64,000 nucleotides of DNA, taken from the NCBI GenBank assembly GCA_028865725.1, contig JAGWJP010000001.1:143143-207142 (forward strand), in the 5' to 3' direction. The stretch comes from Patescibacteria group bacterium (GTDB taxonomy: Bacteria > Patescibacteriota > Minisyncoccia > UBA6257 > JACRHW01). Shown here piece after piece: positions 31,332-42,220 of this stretch. Within the stretch, counting starts at the first letter, position 1. The number at the start of each line of letters is the position of its first letter. Under the pieces are notes generated by a model. It was not told where the DNA came from, did no database searches, and worked only from the letters and a program-made list of their open reading frames with translations. A program made the position numbers and the translations under genes.

Positions 31332-32819
31332 ATGAGATATATTCCTACCATCGGGCTCGAAATTCATGCAGAACTGCGGACACAGACGAAGATGTTTTGC
31401 GATTGTTTGAACGTGGAGGAGATTCATCCCAACAACAATGTGTGTCCCGTGTGCCTTGGTCATCCGGGTACGCTTCCTGTTCCGAATGAAAAGGCGATTT
31501 TGCACGTGCTGCGTGTAGGAACCGCACTTCATGGCACGATTGCAAATATCACGAAGTTTGATAGAAAAAATTATTTCTACCCTGATATTCCCAAGGGATA
31601 TCAGATTTCCCAGTATGATAAACCGCTTGTGCGCGATGCTGCACTTCAGTGCTACGTGGGCAGCGCAAAAAAAACATTTGCAATCCATCGTATTCATATC
31701 GAAGAGGACACAGGGCGTCTCCAGCACGGGGAGAACAAATCTTACAGTCTTGTTGATTATAATCGCGCAGGAGTACCTCTCATGGAGCTTGTGACCGAGC
31801 CGGTTCTTGAAAGTGCGGAAGACGCAGAAGCATTTGCGGCGCATTTGCAGCTCATATTGCGTTATCTTGGCGTCTCTTACGCCCAAATGGAGAAAGGACA
31901 GATGCGGGTTGAGGTTAATATCAGTATGCGTTCCGAGAAGAGCCAGAAACTAGGCACGAAGGTTGAGATTAAAAACTTAAATTCGTTTCGCTCGGTGGGA
32001 GATTCCATCCGCTATGAAATGGCGCGCCAAGAGGAATTATTGAATGCGAAAAAGAAGGTAGTCCAAGAGACGCGCGGATGGGATGAATACAAGCGCGTGA
32101 CATTTTCTCAGCGTAAAAAGGAGTCTGCGCATGATTACCGCTATTTTCCGGAGCCGGATATCGCGCCACTCGTACTTGGAGAACACGCGCTTCGCGAGAA
32201 GGTGGAGGAGGGCATTTCCATTGCTGAGATTGGGGGCACGCTTCCAGAACTTCCTCTGCCCCGTCTTGAGCGTCTCATTCGGGAATATGGGCTTGGGTTT
32301 GCCGAAGCTGAGATTCTGGTGCAGCACAATAACACTGCAGAATTTTTTGAACACGCGGTTTCAGAGGCGATTGCCGTAGATGCTACGCTTTCACGCGAAA
32401 TAATCGCCACGCTAATCTATAATTTTCTTGTTTCAGATCTTTACGGCCTTATGGATGCGGGGGGTAGCGATTGGAGCTTCTTAAAAATTACACCGGAGAA
32501 TTTTTCTCATCTTGTAGTACTCTTTGCGACAAAAAAAATTTCAAGCCGCGTAGCAAAGGACGTTCTTCGCGAGATGTTTGAAACCGGCGCGGAGTGTGAG
32601 CATATTATCGAAGAACAAGGGCTGGAGCAAGTAAGCGATGTCGCGGCGCTCGAAGCGATTGCGCGCGATATCGTTGCCGAATTTCCCGACGCCGCTTCAG
32701 ATTACCGCAAGGGGAAAGAGGTATCGCTTCAATTTTTAGTAGGCATGCTGATGAAAAAGACGAAAGGAGCCGCGAACCCAGAAGTGGCGCGCGAAATATT
32801 AAAAAAACAATTATCCTAA
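31332..32819 (+). CDS. gatB: Asp/Glu-tRNA amidotransferase subunit B
   Basis: IGLEIH, FDRKNYFYPD.PKGYQISQ, DYNRAGVPLME, DYRYFPEPD. Confidence 0.98.
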   Translation: MRYIPTIGLEIHAELRTQTKMFCDCLNVEEIHPNNNVCPVCLGHPGTLPVPNEKAILHVLRVGTALHGTIANITKFDRKNYFYPDIPKGYQISQYDKPLVRDAALQCYVGSAKKTFAIHRIHIEEDTGRLQHGENKSYSLVDYNRAGVPLMELVTEPVLESAEDAEAFAAHLQLILRYLGVSYAQMEKGQMRVEVNISMRSEKSQKLGTKVEIKNLNSFRSVGDSIRYEMARQEELLNAKKKVVQETRGWDEYKRVTFSQRKKESAHDYRYFPEPDIAPLVLGEHALREKVEEGISIAEIGGTLPELPLPRLERLIREYGLGFAEAEILVQHNNTAEFFEHAVSEAIAVDATLSREIIATLIYNFLVSDLYGLMDAGGSDWSFLKITPENFSHLVVLFATKKISSRVAKDVLREMFETGAECEHIIEEQGLEQVSDVAALEAIARDIVAEFPDAASDYRKGKEVSLQFLVGMLMKKTKGAANPEVAREILKKQLS

Positions 32820-32826
32820 CGAGCGT

Positions 32827-33126
32827 ATGGAAGAAGTATTTGGGAAAAAATCCAACAATAATGTTCGCGCTCACACAAAACGCGAAGCGCAAGAATGCAG
32901 GGACCGACTCGAGGTATTGCACGGCGATCGTAATAAGATTCTTGCAGACATCGATGTGCTGCTCAAGAAGATCCAGAAAGGTAATCGCCTCCACCCAACA
33001 CAAGACGAGGATCTTCACGATCTTGAACAACTTACCCGGCTGCAAGATGAGCGTATAAAATTAGAGGAGGTTATTGCGAGAGAAGAAAACGGGCTCGCGC
33101 ATATTTCTCAAACACCAAAGGAATAG
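32827..33126 (+). CDS. Hypothetical coiled-coil protein
   Basis: 99-aa ORF directly after gatB. Confidence 0.55.
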   Translation: MEEVFGKKSNNNVRAHTKREAQECRDRLEVLHGDRNKILADIDVLLKKIQKGNRLHPTQDEDLHDLEQLTRLQDERIKLEEVIAREENGLAHISQTPKE

Positions 33127-33155
33127 AAAAAACAAGACTAAGAAAGATTAGGAAA

Positions 33156-34076
33156 TTAATGTGCTTGCTTCATAAGGCGTATAGGGCGGAGTATCCCTAC
33201 GCATGCATCATGAGGGGTTTGAAACCAGATGATATTTTTTTTGCGTCGAAACCATGTCATTTGGCGCTTTGCGTAGTGAAGAATCGCAGACTCAAGTGAC
33301 TGTTGCATATTTTCGTAGGTACATTTTTCTTGCAGGAAGAAGGCGACATGCTTGTATTCAAGACCAAATGATTCGAGACGCTTCCATGAGATGCCTTGCG
33401 TAGCGTGGAGTGCCTGAATTTCCTCAATCATGCCTTGCGTGAGGCGCATTGCAAGCCGCTTGCGTATTTTTTTTCTGAGCATTTCAAATCCGGGAAAGAT
33501 TCCTACGATGATTACAGGATAAGGAATCGGATGTTTCTGAAGCGGCCGTATTGGCTGGTGCGTTTCGGTGATGATTTCTATGGCGCGGATAATCCGGCGC
33601 GGATTATTGCTGTCCACATGATGCGCAAACGCGGGATCGAGTTTCTGGAGCAGGCCAAAGAGTTCCGTGATTGATTTTTTTTCAAGAGTCTTGCGGAGCC
33701 TGTGGTTTATGGCTGAGCGGGGAAACTCCCAGCCTTCAAGCACGGCATCAATATAGAGCCCCGTCCCTCCGCAGAAAATGGGCGTGTTGCCGCGTTTCAT
33801 AATCTCGCGGATAGCGTTCTCTGCCTGTTTTTGATACTGCATAACCGTAAACTGCCGCCGCGGGGAAGCTACATCAAGCAAGTGGTGCGGAACGCCTTTC
33901 ATTTCCCGCGAGGTGATTTTGCCGGTTCCGATGTTCATCAAGCGATAGACTTGGCGGGAATCTGCAGAGATAACTTCACCATGGACATGGCGCGCGATTT
34001 CTACCGCGCAGTCTGATTTTCCTGACGCAGTGGGACCCACGACCGCAATGATGCAAGGTCTCATTGACTTCTTCAT
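33156..34076 (-). CDS. miaA: tRNA dimethylallyltransferase
   Basis: GPTASGKS, SADSRQVY, GGTGLY, YAKRQMTWF. Confidence 0.97.
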   Translation of the reverse strand: MKKSMRPCIIAVVGPTASGKSDCAVEIARHVHGEVISADSRQVYRLMNIGTGKITSREMKGVPHHLLDVASPRRQFTVMQYQKQAENAIREIMKRGNTPIFCGGTGLYIDAVLEGWEFPRSAINHRLRKTLEKKSITELFGLLQKLDPAFAHHVDSNNPRRIIRAIEIITETHQPIRPLQKHPIPYPVIIVGIFPGFEMLRKKIRKRLAMRLTQGMIEEIQALHATQGISWKRLESFGLEYKHVAFFLQEKCTYENMQQSLESAILHYAKRQMTWFRRKKNIIWFQTPHDACVGILRPIRLMKQAH

Positions 34077-34135
34077 AGCGTAATGGTACATAATTTTTAG
34101 CACCTAGACCTGTAAAACACAAGGAGGAGATTGGT

Positions 34136-34420
34136 ATGGTGCAGACACCACGACCTTTTTTGATTGTTGTAAAAGAGACTGACTCTGAGGGTTGTGAGAC
34201 ATGTAAGATTGTTTGTGTAGAGGGTTTCGATACTATCCAGGAGGTCGAAGAATATTTTCAGGAGATAAGTGAGATCGCAACGCGGCGTCGTGTTTCCCTT
34301 GAGGTTGTCGAGATTTTCAAGAGCGAGCGTCACTATGCGGAGCGCGAGTTCAAAAATGAAAAACAGAAGCCATTTCAGCAGGTACTTCTTTCGAAAGGTC
34401 TTCCTTATGGCACAGTATAG
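34136..34420 (+). CDS. Hypothetical protein
   Basis: AAGGAGG SD; overlaps the next ORF. Confidence 0.55.
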   Translation: MVQTPRPFLIVVKETDSEGCETCKIVCVEGFDTIQEVEEYFQEISEIATRRRVSLEVVEIFKSERHYAEREFKNEKQKPFQQVLLSKGLPYGTV

Positions 34421-34673
34421 ATATTTCGTATCGTATGCGATTGATCGGGTTGCGTCTAGCGGACATGGATTTCAAGTGGTGTTGAGTCGAAACGACGCGG
34501 GTCTTGTCGAGTCGGTAATTGAGAATACGATCATTATGTGTAGCGGCCCCATTACTTCTAGCCAAGATATACGAGACCTAGAACGGACAATTGGTGCGTC
34601 AAGGGATGCAATGGTATCGTATAATGTGCGCATTCTGAGTTTTCAGCTTCTTTCTAAAACAGGAGAAGTATAA
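34407..34673 (+). CDS. Hypothetical protein
   Basis: Y.YFVSY...I.S..DI..LE...IL.FQLL pattern; terminator at 34677-34705. Confidence 0.6.
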   Translation: MAQYRYFVSYAIDRVASSGHGFQVVLSRNDAGLVESVIENTIIMCSGPITSSQDIRDLERTIGASRDAMVSYNVRILSFQLLSKTGEV

Positions 34674-34766
34674 CACAAAAATCCCCACAACGTGGGGCTT
34701 TTTATTTGGAAAAAGATTCTCGATTCGTGTTGCTCGCTCGGACCCTCTTAATTTTTTATATGCGTG

Positions 34767-36524
34767 TTATGTGCGGTTTTTTATTTCTTCGAGAAGGCTT
34801 ATTGTAAACGCATCGAGCGCAAGTGCACCTTTGTCACCTTTACCGTGTTTTCTTACCGATACCGTGTTCGCCTCTACTTCTTTGTCACCGAGGACTAAGA
34901 TGTAGGGGATCTTTTTTTGTTCACTTTCGCGAATTCGTTTTCCGAGTGTTTCATTATCATCCTCGATTACCACACGTACCCCTGCGTCTTTCAGCGTGTG
35001 TGCTACGGTGTGCGCATAATCGTTGTGACGTTCGCCTACGGGAAGTAAGGCGACTTGTACGGGCGCAAGCCATGTGGGGAAGGCTCCTGCGTAGTGTTCA
35101 ATCAAAACTGCCATGAAGCGCTCCACGGAACCTAAGATGGCACGATGCACCATCACGATCCGCTCGTCCTTTCCTTTTTCATTGACGCATGACAAGGCAA
35201 AGCGTTCAGGAAGATTGAAGTCGAGTTGGATTGTCGCAAGCTGCCAATCTCTTCCGAGCGAGTCTTTCGCAATGAAGTCGATTTTTGGGCCATACATGGC
35301 TGCTTCGCCAAGGCCATCAATGTATGCGACGCCGCGTTTCTTGATCGCGGATTTCAATTGTGTTTCCGCTTTTTTCCATATCGTGGGAGTGCCGAGATAT
35401 TTTTCAAAATGCGCAGGATCATGGCGTGAAAAACGCACGGTAAGCGGCATGTTAAAGACGGCGTAGAACGTATCGATTATATCCCACACTTTCATTACCT
35501 CTTCTTCAATGTGGAGAATGCGGCAGAAGATGTGGGCATCGTCTTGCGTAATCATGCGCACGCGAGAGAGACCGCCGAGCTCTCCCGATTGTTCATCGCG
35601 GTATACGGCGGTTACTTCAGAATAGCGAAGGGGAAGTTCGCGATACGAGCGCGCGCGCGAGGCATAGATTTGCGTATGATGCGGGCAGTTCATCGGTTTC
35701 AATGCAAACTCATGACCTTCACGCGAAGTAATCTTAAACAATTCATCTTTAAACTTTTGCCAGTGTCCCGACGTTTCGTAGAGTTCTTTTTTGGTAATGT
35801 GAGGGATGCGTACGCGCTCGTAGCCCATGGGAATTTGAAGCGATTGCACAAAAGCTTCAAGCTCTTCTCGGATTACCGTACCGCGTGGAGTAAAGAGGGG
35901 GAGCCCGCCGCCTACGAGTTCTGAGAATACAAAAAGGTCAAGTTGGGGCCCAAGTTTTTTGTGGTCGCGTCGTTCCGCCTCCTGAAGCATCGTACGATAC
36001 TCATCGAGTTCTTTTTTGGTTGCAAACGCAAGTCCATAAATGCGCTGGAGTTGAGGCTTTGTTGCGTCACTCTTCCAATACGCACCTCCAATTTTTACGA
36101 GCGCAAATGATTGAGGATCAATCTCGCGTGTGTTTTTTACATGGCCACCGCGACAGAGATCGGAAAAGAAGTTTCCGGTGTGTTCAATGGTAAGTTGTTT
36201 GCCTTCTTTGGCGAACTCTTTGATGAGTTCTTTTTTGAACGGTTGTTTTTTAAAACGTGTGCGCGCTTCCTCTGGCGTTACCTTTTCTGCCTTAAAGGGA
36301 GCGGCGGATGCGATCATGCTGCGCATCGTTGACTCGAATTCTTTGAGATCGTCTGCGGTGAGACTTTGCGGGAGAAGAAAGTCATAATAAAATCCGTCCT
36401 CAATGGTAGGGCCTACTCCGAGTTTGGCATCAGGAAATTTTTTAAGCACCGCTGCCGCCAAAAGATGGGCGAGCGAATGACGGATATAATCTAATGAAGG
36501 AGTCTGTACTTTTTTGGGAACCAT
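34767..36524 (-). CDS. thrS: Threonine--tRNA ligase (short N-terminus)
   Basis: RHSLAHL, DLCRGGH, KPMNCP.H, QDDAHIFC, YGPKID, HRAILGS.ERF. Confidence 0.98.
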   Translation of the reverse strand: MVPKKVQTPSLDYIRHSLAHLLAAAVLKKFPDAKLGVGPTIEDGFYYDFLLPQSLTADDLKEFESTMRSMIASAAPFKAEKVTPEEARTRFKKQPFKKELIKEFAKEGKQLTIEHTGNFFSDLCRGGHVKNTREIDPQSFALVKIGGAYWKSDATKPQLQRIYGLAFATKKELDEYRTMLQEAERRDHKKLGPQLDLFVFSELVGGGLPLFTPRGTVIREELEAFVQSLQIPMGYERVRIPHITKKELYETSGHWQKFKDELFKITSREGHEFALKPMNCPHHTQIYASRARSYRELPLRYSEVTAVYRDEQSGELGGLSRVRMITQDDAHIFCRILHIEEEVMKVWDIIDTFYAVFNMPLTVRFSRHDPAHFEKYLGTPTIWKKAETQLKSAIKKRGVAYIDGLGEAAMYGPKIDFIAKDSLGRDWQLATIQLDFNLPERFALSCVNEKGKDERIVMVHRAILGSVERFMAVLIEHYAGAFPTWLAPVQVALLPVGERHNDYAHTVAHTLKDAGVRVVIEDDNETLGKRIRESEQKKIPYILVLGDKEVEANTVSVRKHGKGDKGALALDAFTISLLEEIKNRT

Positions 36525-36567
36525 ATTGAATTAGTTAAGTTGTTGTTAAGAAGGCGGGTTTGGCCAC

Positions 36568-36614
36568 TAGGGTATAGGGTTTTTGGTACCCGAATGGTTA
36601 TACCCTATACCCTA
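36568..36614. repeat. Inverted heptamer-repeat hairpin between dnaE and thrS
   Basis: TAGGGTA TAGGGTT ... TACCCTA TACCCTA (13/14 complementary). Confidence 0.75.
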
Positions 36615-36618
36615 AGGA

Positions 36619-39600
36619 CTAGGTAAGGAGTTTTGCGTCTTCGCAGAGAAGTTTCAAGTCTCCGTTTCTTCGATCAATATTTGCAAGCACAATGATACAT
36701 TGGTCTTTTTGCCATACATCTTTTGTCTTTGCAAGCAATTTAGGGAAGACGATGAGTTCCTGGGTACCGGTGTGATCTTCCATGGCAACAAAGAGCATCA
36801 TGTCTCCTTTTTTCGTCATGATTTTTTTAACGGAAGAAATAATGCCTGCTGTTTTTGCTGATGTGCCCTCTGTGAGGGTAGTAAGATCGCGCAATGTCGT
36901 AAAATTTGATTTTGCGAGACGTTCTTTATGGATATCAAGCGGGTGGCCCGACACATAAAGCCCAAGGAGCTCTTTTTCGTACGCGAGCTGCACCTGTTTA
37001 GGGATAGGGTCTGCGGTTGTAAACTTGAGAGTTGGAGTATAGGAATCTGCAAACAAGCTGTTTTGTGGGCTTGCTTGCTCTTTGCGTATTTCGGACGCAT
37101 AGAATATGAGATTCTCGAGCGACGCGAGCAAGATATGACGGGGGCGAAATCCGTCGAAAGCGCCCACCTTAATTAACGACTCAAGTGATTTCTTGTTGAG
37201 GTCTTTATGATTTACGCGTTGGAGGAAGTTCTCGACATTTGCAAAACGTCCATGCGCCTCGCGTTCTTGCACAATAGCCTCGATGATGTTGCTTCCTACG
37301 TTTTTTACCGCAGAAAGTCCAAAGCGTATACTGTCATGCGCCCCATTCCCATTTTTAATGAGCGCAAACTGTCCTACGCTTTCATTGATGTTTGGAGGAA
37401 GAACAGGAATTTGCATACGGACGCATTCCGCAATGATTTCTGCTACTTTTTCGTTATCTCCCGATTCTGCAGTAAGAATAGCGGTCATATACTCTCCCGG
37501 AAAGTGGGTTTTCATGTAGGCGGTTTGATATGCTACTTGTCCATAGCTCGCCGCATGTGCCTTATTGAAACCATACCCTTGGAATGGTTCAAAGAGCGCC
37601 CAGATTTCTTCCGCTTTTTCCCGCGACATCTCGCTATGCGCGATGCACCCCTCTACAAATTTTACATGTTGTTTAGCCATTTCTTCCGGAATTTTTTTAC
37701 CGACTGCTTTTCTGAATTTATCCACCTCGCCCCATGAGTATCCTGCAAGTTCGATTGCCGTCATGAGCAAGTCGTCTTGATAGACAAGTACGCCGAAAGT
37801 CTGCGCTAAGAAGCTTTCCATTTTGGGGTGGAGATAGACAATCTGTTCGTGTCCGTTTTTTCGCGCAACATAATTACTAATATTGTCCATAGGTCCCGGA
37901 CGATAAAGCGCCACCATTACGTTAATATCGTGGACGCGCGTTGGTCTTAATTCTTTAAGCCATTTGGTCATTCCGTCCCCGTTTAATTGAAAGAGTCCGA
38001 TAGTTTCGCCGCGTGCAAGAAGTGCGAATGTGTCACGGTCATCAAAAGGAATAGTTTGGATATCGATGTCGATATTGCGATAGCGCTTTACGAGCTGAAT
38101 CGCGTCTCCTAAAATAGCCAAGTTGCGGATGCCAAGAAAGTCAAACTTCAAAAGCCCCGCTGATTCTACTGCGTGCATGTCATACTGGGTAATTATTTTT
38201 CCGCCTTTCGGATCGAGTTGAAGGGGAACATATTCAGTGAGCGGTTGCGCGGAAATGACGACGCCTGCCGCATGCACTGAGACGTGGCGCACGCAGCCCT
38301 CTAATTTTTTTGCCTGATCGATTACGCGTTTTGCGTCATCTTCTTTTTGATAGATGTCTAAAAGTTCCGGAGAAATTTCAAGAGCATAATCGATAGTCAT
38401 AGGAAATCCTTGCGAGCCCATAGGAATATTTTTTGCAATTTTATCGCCCAAGGCATAAGGGTATCCAAGCGCCCGCGCGACATCACGCACCGCCGCACGT
38501 GCCATCATGGTTCCAAACGTGCCAATCTGCGCGACGTGGTCGATGCCATATTTTTCTCGCGCGTAGTCGATCAGTTTATCTCGTTTATCATCTGCAAGAT
38601 CCATATCAATATCGGGTGCGGAAGGGCGTTCTGGATTCAAGAAGCGTTCGAACGGAAGTTCATAGGTGAGAGGATTGACTGCCGTGATTCCTGTGAGGTA
38701 AGAAACGAGCGAACCCGCTGCTGATCCGCGCGTTGTGGTGAGGATTCCAACATTACGTGCGTGTTCTAGCAAATCGGATACTACGAGGAAGTAAGGAGAG
38801 TATCCTTTTGTGTTGATGACGTTAAGTTCATACTCAATTCGTTCTGTAATTTCTGGCGTATGTTCCAGATTTCTTTTGGGAATTCCTTCATAGACCAGAC
38901 GTCGCAATTCGCCATCATACGTCGTTCCTTCTGGAATCACAAAATTAGGAAAGGTCCATGCATCCAACTCAAGTTCAATATGTGTCTTGTTCGCAATCTC
39001 TTGCGTATTGGCAATCGCCTCCGGGTGGTTTGGAAAGAGTGCTGCCATTTCTTCTCCCGATTTCATAGAGAGTTCAAAATCTTTCATGGAGAAACGGTTG
39101 GCATCGTTCAGCTGACTTCCTGTTTGCACGGATACGAGGATATCCTGTGCTTCTCTATCCTCGGGATTTAGATAATGAATATCACCCGTGGCAACAGTTT
39201 TTGCACCTGTTTTTTGAGAGAGCATAAAAAGAGTCTCGTTCACTTCACGCTGCTCGGGATGATTTGTGTGACAGCCCAATTCGAGATAAAAATTTCCTTT
39301 TCCAAAAATGTCCTCATAATCATAAATTAACTGTTCCGCGTCTTTGAGGCGATGTTGGAGAATGGTTTTGGCGAGTTCTCCGCCTAAACAGCCAGAGAGC
39401 GCGATAATGCCTTTTGCGTGTTGTTTCAAGAGCGCTTTGTCCATGCGCGGTTTGTAGTAGAAGCCCTCGAGATGGGCTTTTGTGGAGAGCTTGATGAGAT
39501 TTTTGTAGCCTTCATAACTTGTGGCGAGCAATGTTAAGTGATATCGCTTATCATCAATGCCCGGATTTTTGTCGTACATGCTTCCTTGCGCAATGTAGGC

Positions 39601-39798
39601 TTCAAGACCTATGATAGGCTTAATGCCCTCTTTTTTTGCTGCGTTATAAAATTCAATAGCACCATGAAGGTTACCATGATCGGTAAGCGCAAGACTATCC
39701 ATACCTAATGAAGCCGCTTTTTTTATGAGTTCCGGTATTTTGGGGAGTCCATCAAGAAGGCTATAATGGCTATGGACGTGAAGATGGGTAAATTTCAT
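36619..39798 (-). CDS. dnaE: DNA polymerase III alpha subunit
   Basis: HLHVHSHYSLLDG, RGSAAGS, PDIDMD, KFDFLG, YGFNKAH. Confidence 0.98.
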   Translation of the reverse strand: MKFTHLHVHSHYSLLDGLPKIPELIKKAASLGMDSLALTDHGNLHGAIEFYNAAKKEGIKPIIGLEAYIAQGSMYDKNPGIDDKRYHLTLLATSYEGYKNLIKLSTKAHLEGFYYKPRMDKALLKQHAKGIIALSGCLGGELAKTILQHRLKDAEQLIYDYEDIFGKGNFYLELGCHTNHPEQREVNETLFMLSQKTGAKTVATGDIHYLNPEDREAQDILVSVQTGSQLNDANRFSMKDFELSMKSGEEMAALFPNHPEAIANTQEIANKTHIELELDAWTFPNFVIPEGTTYDGELRRLVYEGIPKRNLEHTPEITERIEYELNVINTKGYSPYFLVVSDLLEHARNVGILTTTRGSAAGSLVSYLTGITAVNPLTYELPFERFLNPERPSAPDIDMDLADDKRDKLIDYAREKYGIDHVAQIGTFGTMMARAAVRDVARALGYPYALGDKIAKNIPMGSQGFPMTIDYALEISPELLDIYQKEDDAKRVIDQAKKLEGCVRHVSVHAAGVVISAQPLTEYVPLQLDPKGGKIITQYDMHAVESAGLLKFDFLGIRNLAILGDAIQLVKRYRNIDIDIQTIPFDDRDTFALLARGETIGLFQLNGDGMTKWLKELRPTRVHDINVMVALYRPGPMDNISNYVARKNGHEQIVYLHPKMESFLAQTFGVLVYQDDLLMTAIELAGYSWGEVDKFRKAVGKKIPEEMAKQHVKFVEGCIAHSEMSREKAEEIWALFEPFQGYGFNKAHAASYGQVAYQTAYMKTHFPGEYMTAILTAESGDNEKVAEIIAECVRMQIPVLPPNINESVGQFALIKNGNGAHDSIRFGLSAVKNVGSNIIEAIVQEREAHGRFANVENFLQRVNHKDLNKKSLESLIKVGAFDGFRPRHILLASLENLIFYASEIRKEQASPQNSLFADSYTPTLKFTTADPIPKQVQLAYEKELLGLYVSGHPLDIHKERLAKSNFTTLRDLTTLTEGTSAKTAGIISSVKKIMTKKGDMMLFVAMEDHTGTQELIVFPKLLAKTKDVWQKDQCIIVLANIDRRNGDLKLLCEDAKLLT

Positions 39799-39898
39799 GT
39801 TAATAGTGAGTAGTGCGCATCTCGTATGTGTCTGTGCATCGAGATCCCATTACATACAAAATACCATATCATACGCAACAAACGCATATTGTCATATC

Positions 39899-40534
39899 AT
39901 GAATTTATGGTTAGAAAAAAAATTATGGCATTCTGGTTATGATACGGTTATTGGTATTGATGAAGTGGGAAGGGGGAGTTTGGCGGGGCCGCTTGTGCTT
40001 TGCGGAGTTATGATACGTCAATGCGATCTCCCGCAACTCAAGAAAATAAAAGGAGTGAATGATTCTAAGAAACTTGCGCCTGCTGCGCGCGAGGAAATTT
40101 TTTCTCACGTAAAGCAATTTGGTATTCCGTATGTGATTCAACGAATTACTCCTCGCATGATCGATGCAAAAAATATTTATAGGGCTGCCATTATGGGATG
40201 CAATGGTATTACCAAGAAATGTGAACGCGTTGTTCCTGCATCTTCCCGATTTGTCGTATGCGATGGAGGACTTTTTGTTCCACGTATGCCTTCCGCATTC
40301 CAAGAGACCTTTATAAAAGGTGACGCGCGTGTTTTTTCTATTGCTCTCGCTTCCATTGTTGCAAAGCAGGTACGCGATGCGCTTATGGTTCGTTTCTCGA
40401 AAATATATCCCATATATGGGTGGGATAAGAACAAAGGGTACGGCACCAAAGCACATCGTGATGCGTTACAGGCGCATGGGGTTACGCCGTTTCATCGGGT
40501 TACGTTTACGACTGCGTGCACAAAACCTTTGTAA
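39899..40534 (+). CDS. rnhB: Ribonuclease HII
   Basis: GIDEVGRG.LAGP, DSKKL, KGD, ASIVAK..RD, NKGYGT..H. Confidence 0.96.
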   Translation: MNLWLEKKLWHSGYDTVIGIDEVGRGSLAGPLVLCGVMIRQCDLPQLKKIKGVNDSKKLAPAAREEIFSHVKQFGIPYVIQRITPRMIDAKNIYRAAIMGCNGITKKCERVVPASSRFVVCDGGLFVPRMPSAFQETFIKGDARVFSIALASIVAKQVRDALMVRFSKIYPIYGWDKNKGYGTKAHRDALQAHGVTPFHRVTFTTACTKPL

Positions 40535-40650
40535 CAATGGGCGTAGCGCTCTATTTTATTCTGATTTTTGGATGCATTGACGCGATTTTTAAAATACAGT
40601 ACTATTCTAATATCGTTATTGTTTAGTAGATTAATCCTAATTTTACGCAT

Positions 40651-40854
40651 ATGGCAGGCGTACCCACCAAACATCATTCAAAATCAAAAGTAGGACGACG
40701 ACGTTCTCATCTCGCGCTTACCACGCAACAGCTAGTGGTATGCAAAGAATGTGGTGCCGCAATGAGGCCCCATCGTTATTGTGCGAATTGCGGGCACTAT
40801 AAAGGTAAAGAAATCACCTCACGCATTACAAAATTTGTTGAAAAAAAGAAGTAG
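40651..40854 (+). CDS. rpmF: 50S ribosomal protein L32
   Basis: VP..H.SKS...RRRSH, CxxC..PH..CxxCG.Y. Confidence 0.95.
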   Translation: MAGVPTKHHSKSKVGRRRSHLALTTQQLVVCKECGAAMRPHRYCANCGHYKGKEITSRITKFVEKKK

Positions 40855-40876
40855 AGACTTTTGATCTTTCTTTGAA

Positions 40877-41383
40877 ATGGCTACCAGACACTTAGCACGA
40901 ACAGTGGTACTCCAATCCTTATACGAATGGGATTTTTATGGTAAAAAGGCGGATTTACTGGGAATTGTGGAGCGCAACTTACAAGAGTTTGCGCCCGGAA
41001 TTGATGAGCCTGAGTTTGTTTACAAAATCATTAACGGTGTTATTTCTCATCTTGCGGATATCGATGCGGTTATACAAAAAACTGCTCCTGAATGGCCTTT
41101 TGAACAAATCGGTGTAATCGATAGAAACGTTCTTCGTATCGGATTATATGAATTGTTTTATGCAGATAAAGCAGAAGTGCCGCCTAACGTCGCTATTAAT
41201 GAATCGATCGAACTTGCTAAAACATTTGGAGGTTCTTCAAGCGGAAAATTTGTGAATGGGGTGCTTGGTACCGTGTATCGACAGATGACAGAACTTGAGG
41301 GAGGAGGTGAGAATGAGGTTGTCGCAGATAACGTGAGCGATAACGATGAAGTGTCGAACGAGACTGAAGAAGTAAAAAATTAA
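40877..41383 (+). CDS. nusB: Transcription antitermination factor NusB
   Basis: RH.AR...LQ.LYE, DRNVLR, VAINE.IELAK.FG, FVNGVLG. Confidence 0.97.
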   Translation: MATRHLARTVVLQSLYEWDFYGKKADLLGIVERNLQEFAPGIDEPEFVYKIINGVISHLADIDAVIQKTAPEWPFEQIGVIDRNVLRIGLYELFYADKAEVPPNVAINESIELAKTFGGSSSGKFVNGVLGTVYRQMTELEGGGENEVVADNVSDNDEVSNETEEVKN

Positions 41384-41490
41384 AGATTAAAAATCAAAGT
41401 GGGAGTGTAAAATGCAAAAAGCATAACTAAAATCATTATTGAGTTTTGATGTGTCATTTTGCATTTTGATGTTTCCATTTTTGAACTTTT
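41384..41490. repeat. AT-rich imperfect inverted repeat built of heptamer-like units
   Basis: AAAATGCAAAA (41409-41419) / TTTTGCATTTT (41457-41467) with flanking complementary tracts. Confidence 0.65.
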
Positions 41491-41492
41491 TT

Positions 41493-42191
41493 GTGGCTGA
41501 TCACACTGCACTCGAACAAAAATTAGGTATCCGCTTTCAGAATCCCGATCTTCTTATCGAGGCGCTTACGCACCGTTCTTATATTAATGAACATCCGTCA
41601 TGGCGTTTGCCTCACAATGAACGGTTGGAATTTCTCGGCGATGCAGTGCTGGAACTTGCGTCTACCCGTTTTTTGTTTGAGCAATTTCCTCATAAACCAG
41701 AAGGAGAACTGACTAGTTTCCGTGCGGCTTTGGTGAATACGGATGCGCTTGCCGAGGTTGCAACTGCCTTGGGACTTGATCAGTTCATTTTACTTTCACG
41801 CGGAGAAGCCGCGCACACCGGCAAAGCAAAAAAGAATATTTTGGCTGATGCGCTTGAGGCATTGATTGGCGCACTCTATCGCGATCAAGGGTATGAGACA
41901 GCCGAAGGATTTATCGCGCAGCATATTCTCGCGGCATTAGAGTCTGTTCTTTCTACGCAGCGCTATCGCGATCCGAAGAGTGTCTTTCAAGAAAAGGCGC
42001 AAGCCCATGTTTCCATTACCCCTGTCTATCAGGTAGTGGATGAATGGGGTCCCGATCACGATAAACGGTTTTTGGTCGGTGTGTTTTTGGGGGATGAACG
42101 CGTCGCGACAGGTGAGGGTGCTTCTAAGCAAGAAGCGGAGACGAATGCGGCACGCGAGGGGCTTACTGTGAAAGGATGGAATAAAAAATAA
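41493..42191 (+). CDS. rnc: Ribonuclease III
   Basis: ALTHRSY, NERLEFLGDAVL, ADALEALIGA, dsRBD G.G.SKQEAE; start codon uncertain. Confidence 0.97.
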   Translation: MADHTALEQKLGIRFQNPDLLIEALTHRSYINEHPSWRLPHNERLEFLGDAVLELASTRFLFEQFPHKPEGELTSFRAALVNTDALAEVATALGLDQFILLSRGEAAHTGKAKKNILADALEALIGALYRDQGYETAEGFIAQHILAALESVLSTQRYRDPKSVFQEKAQAHVSITPVYQVVDEWGPDHDKRFLVGVFLGDERVATGEGASKQEAETNAAREGLTVKGWNKK

Positions 42192-42220
42192 GGCAAAAAT
42201 TGGAATTAAAACTTAAGATC

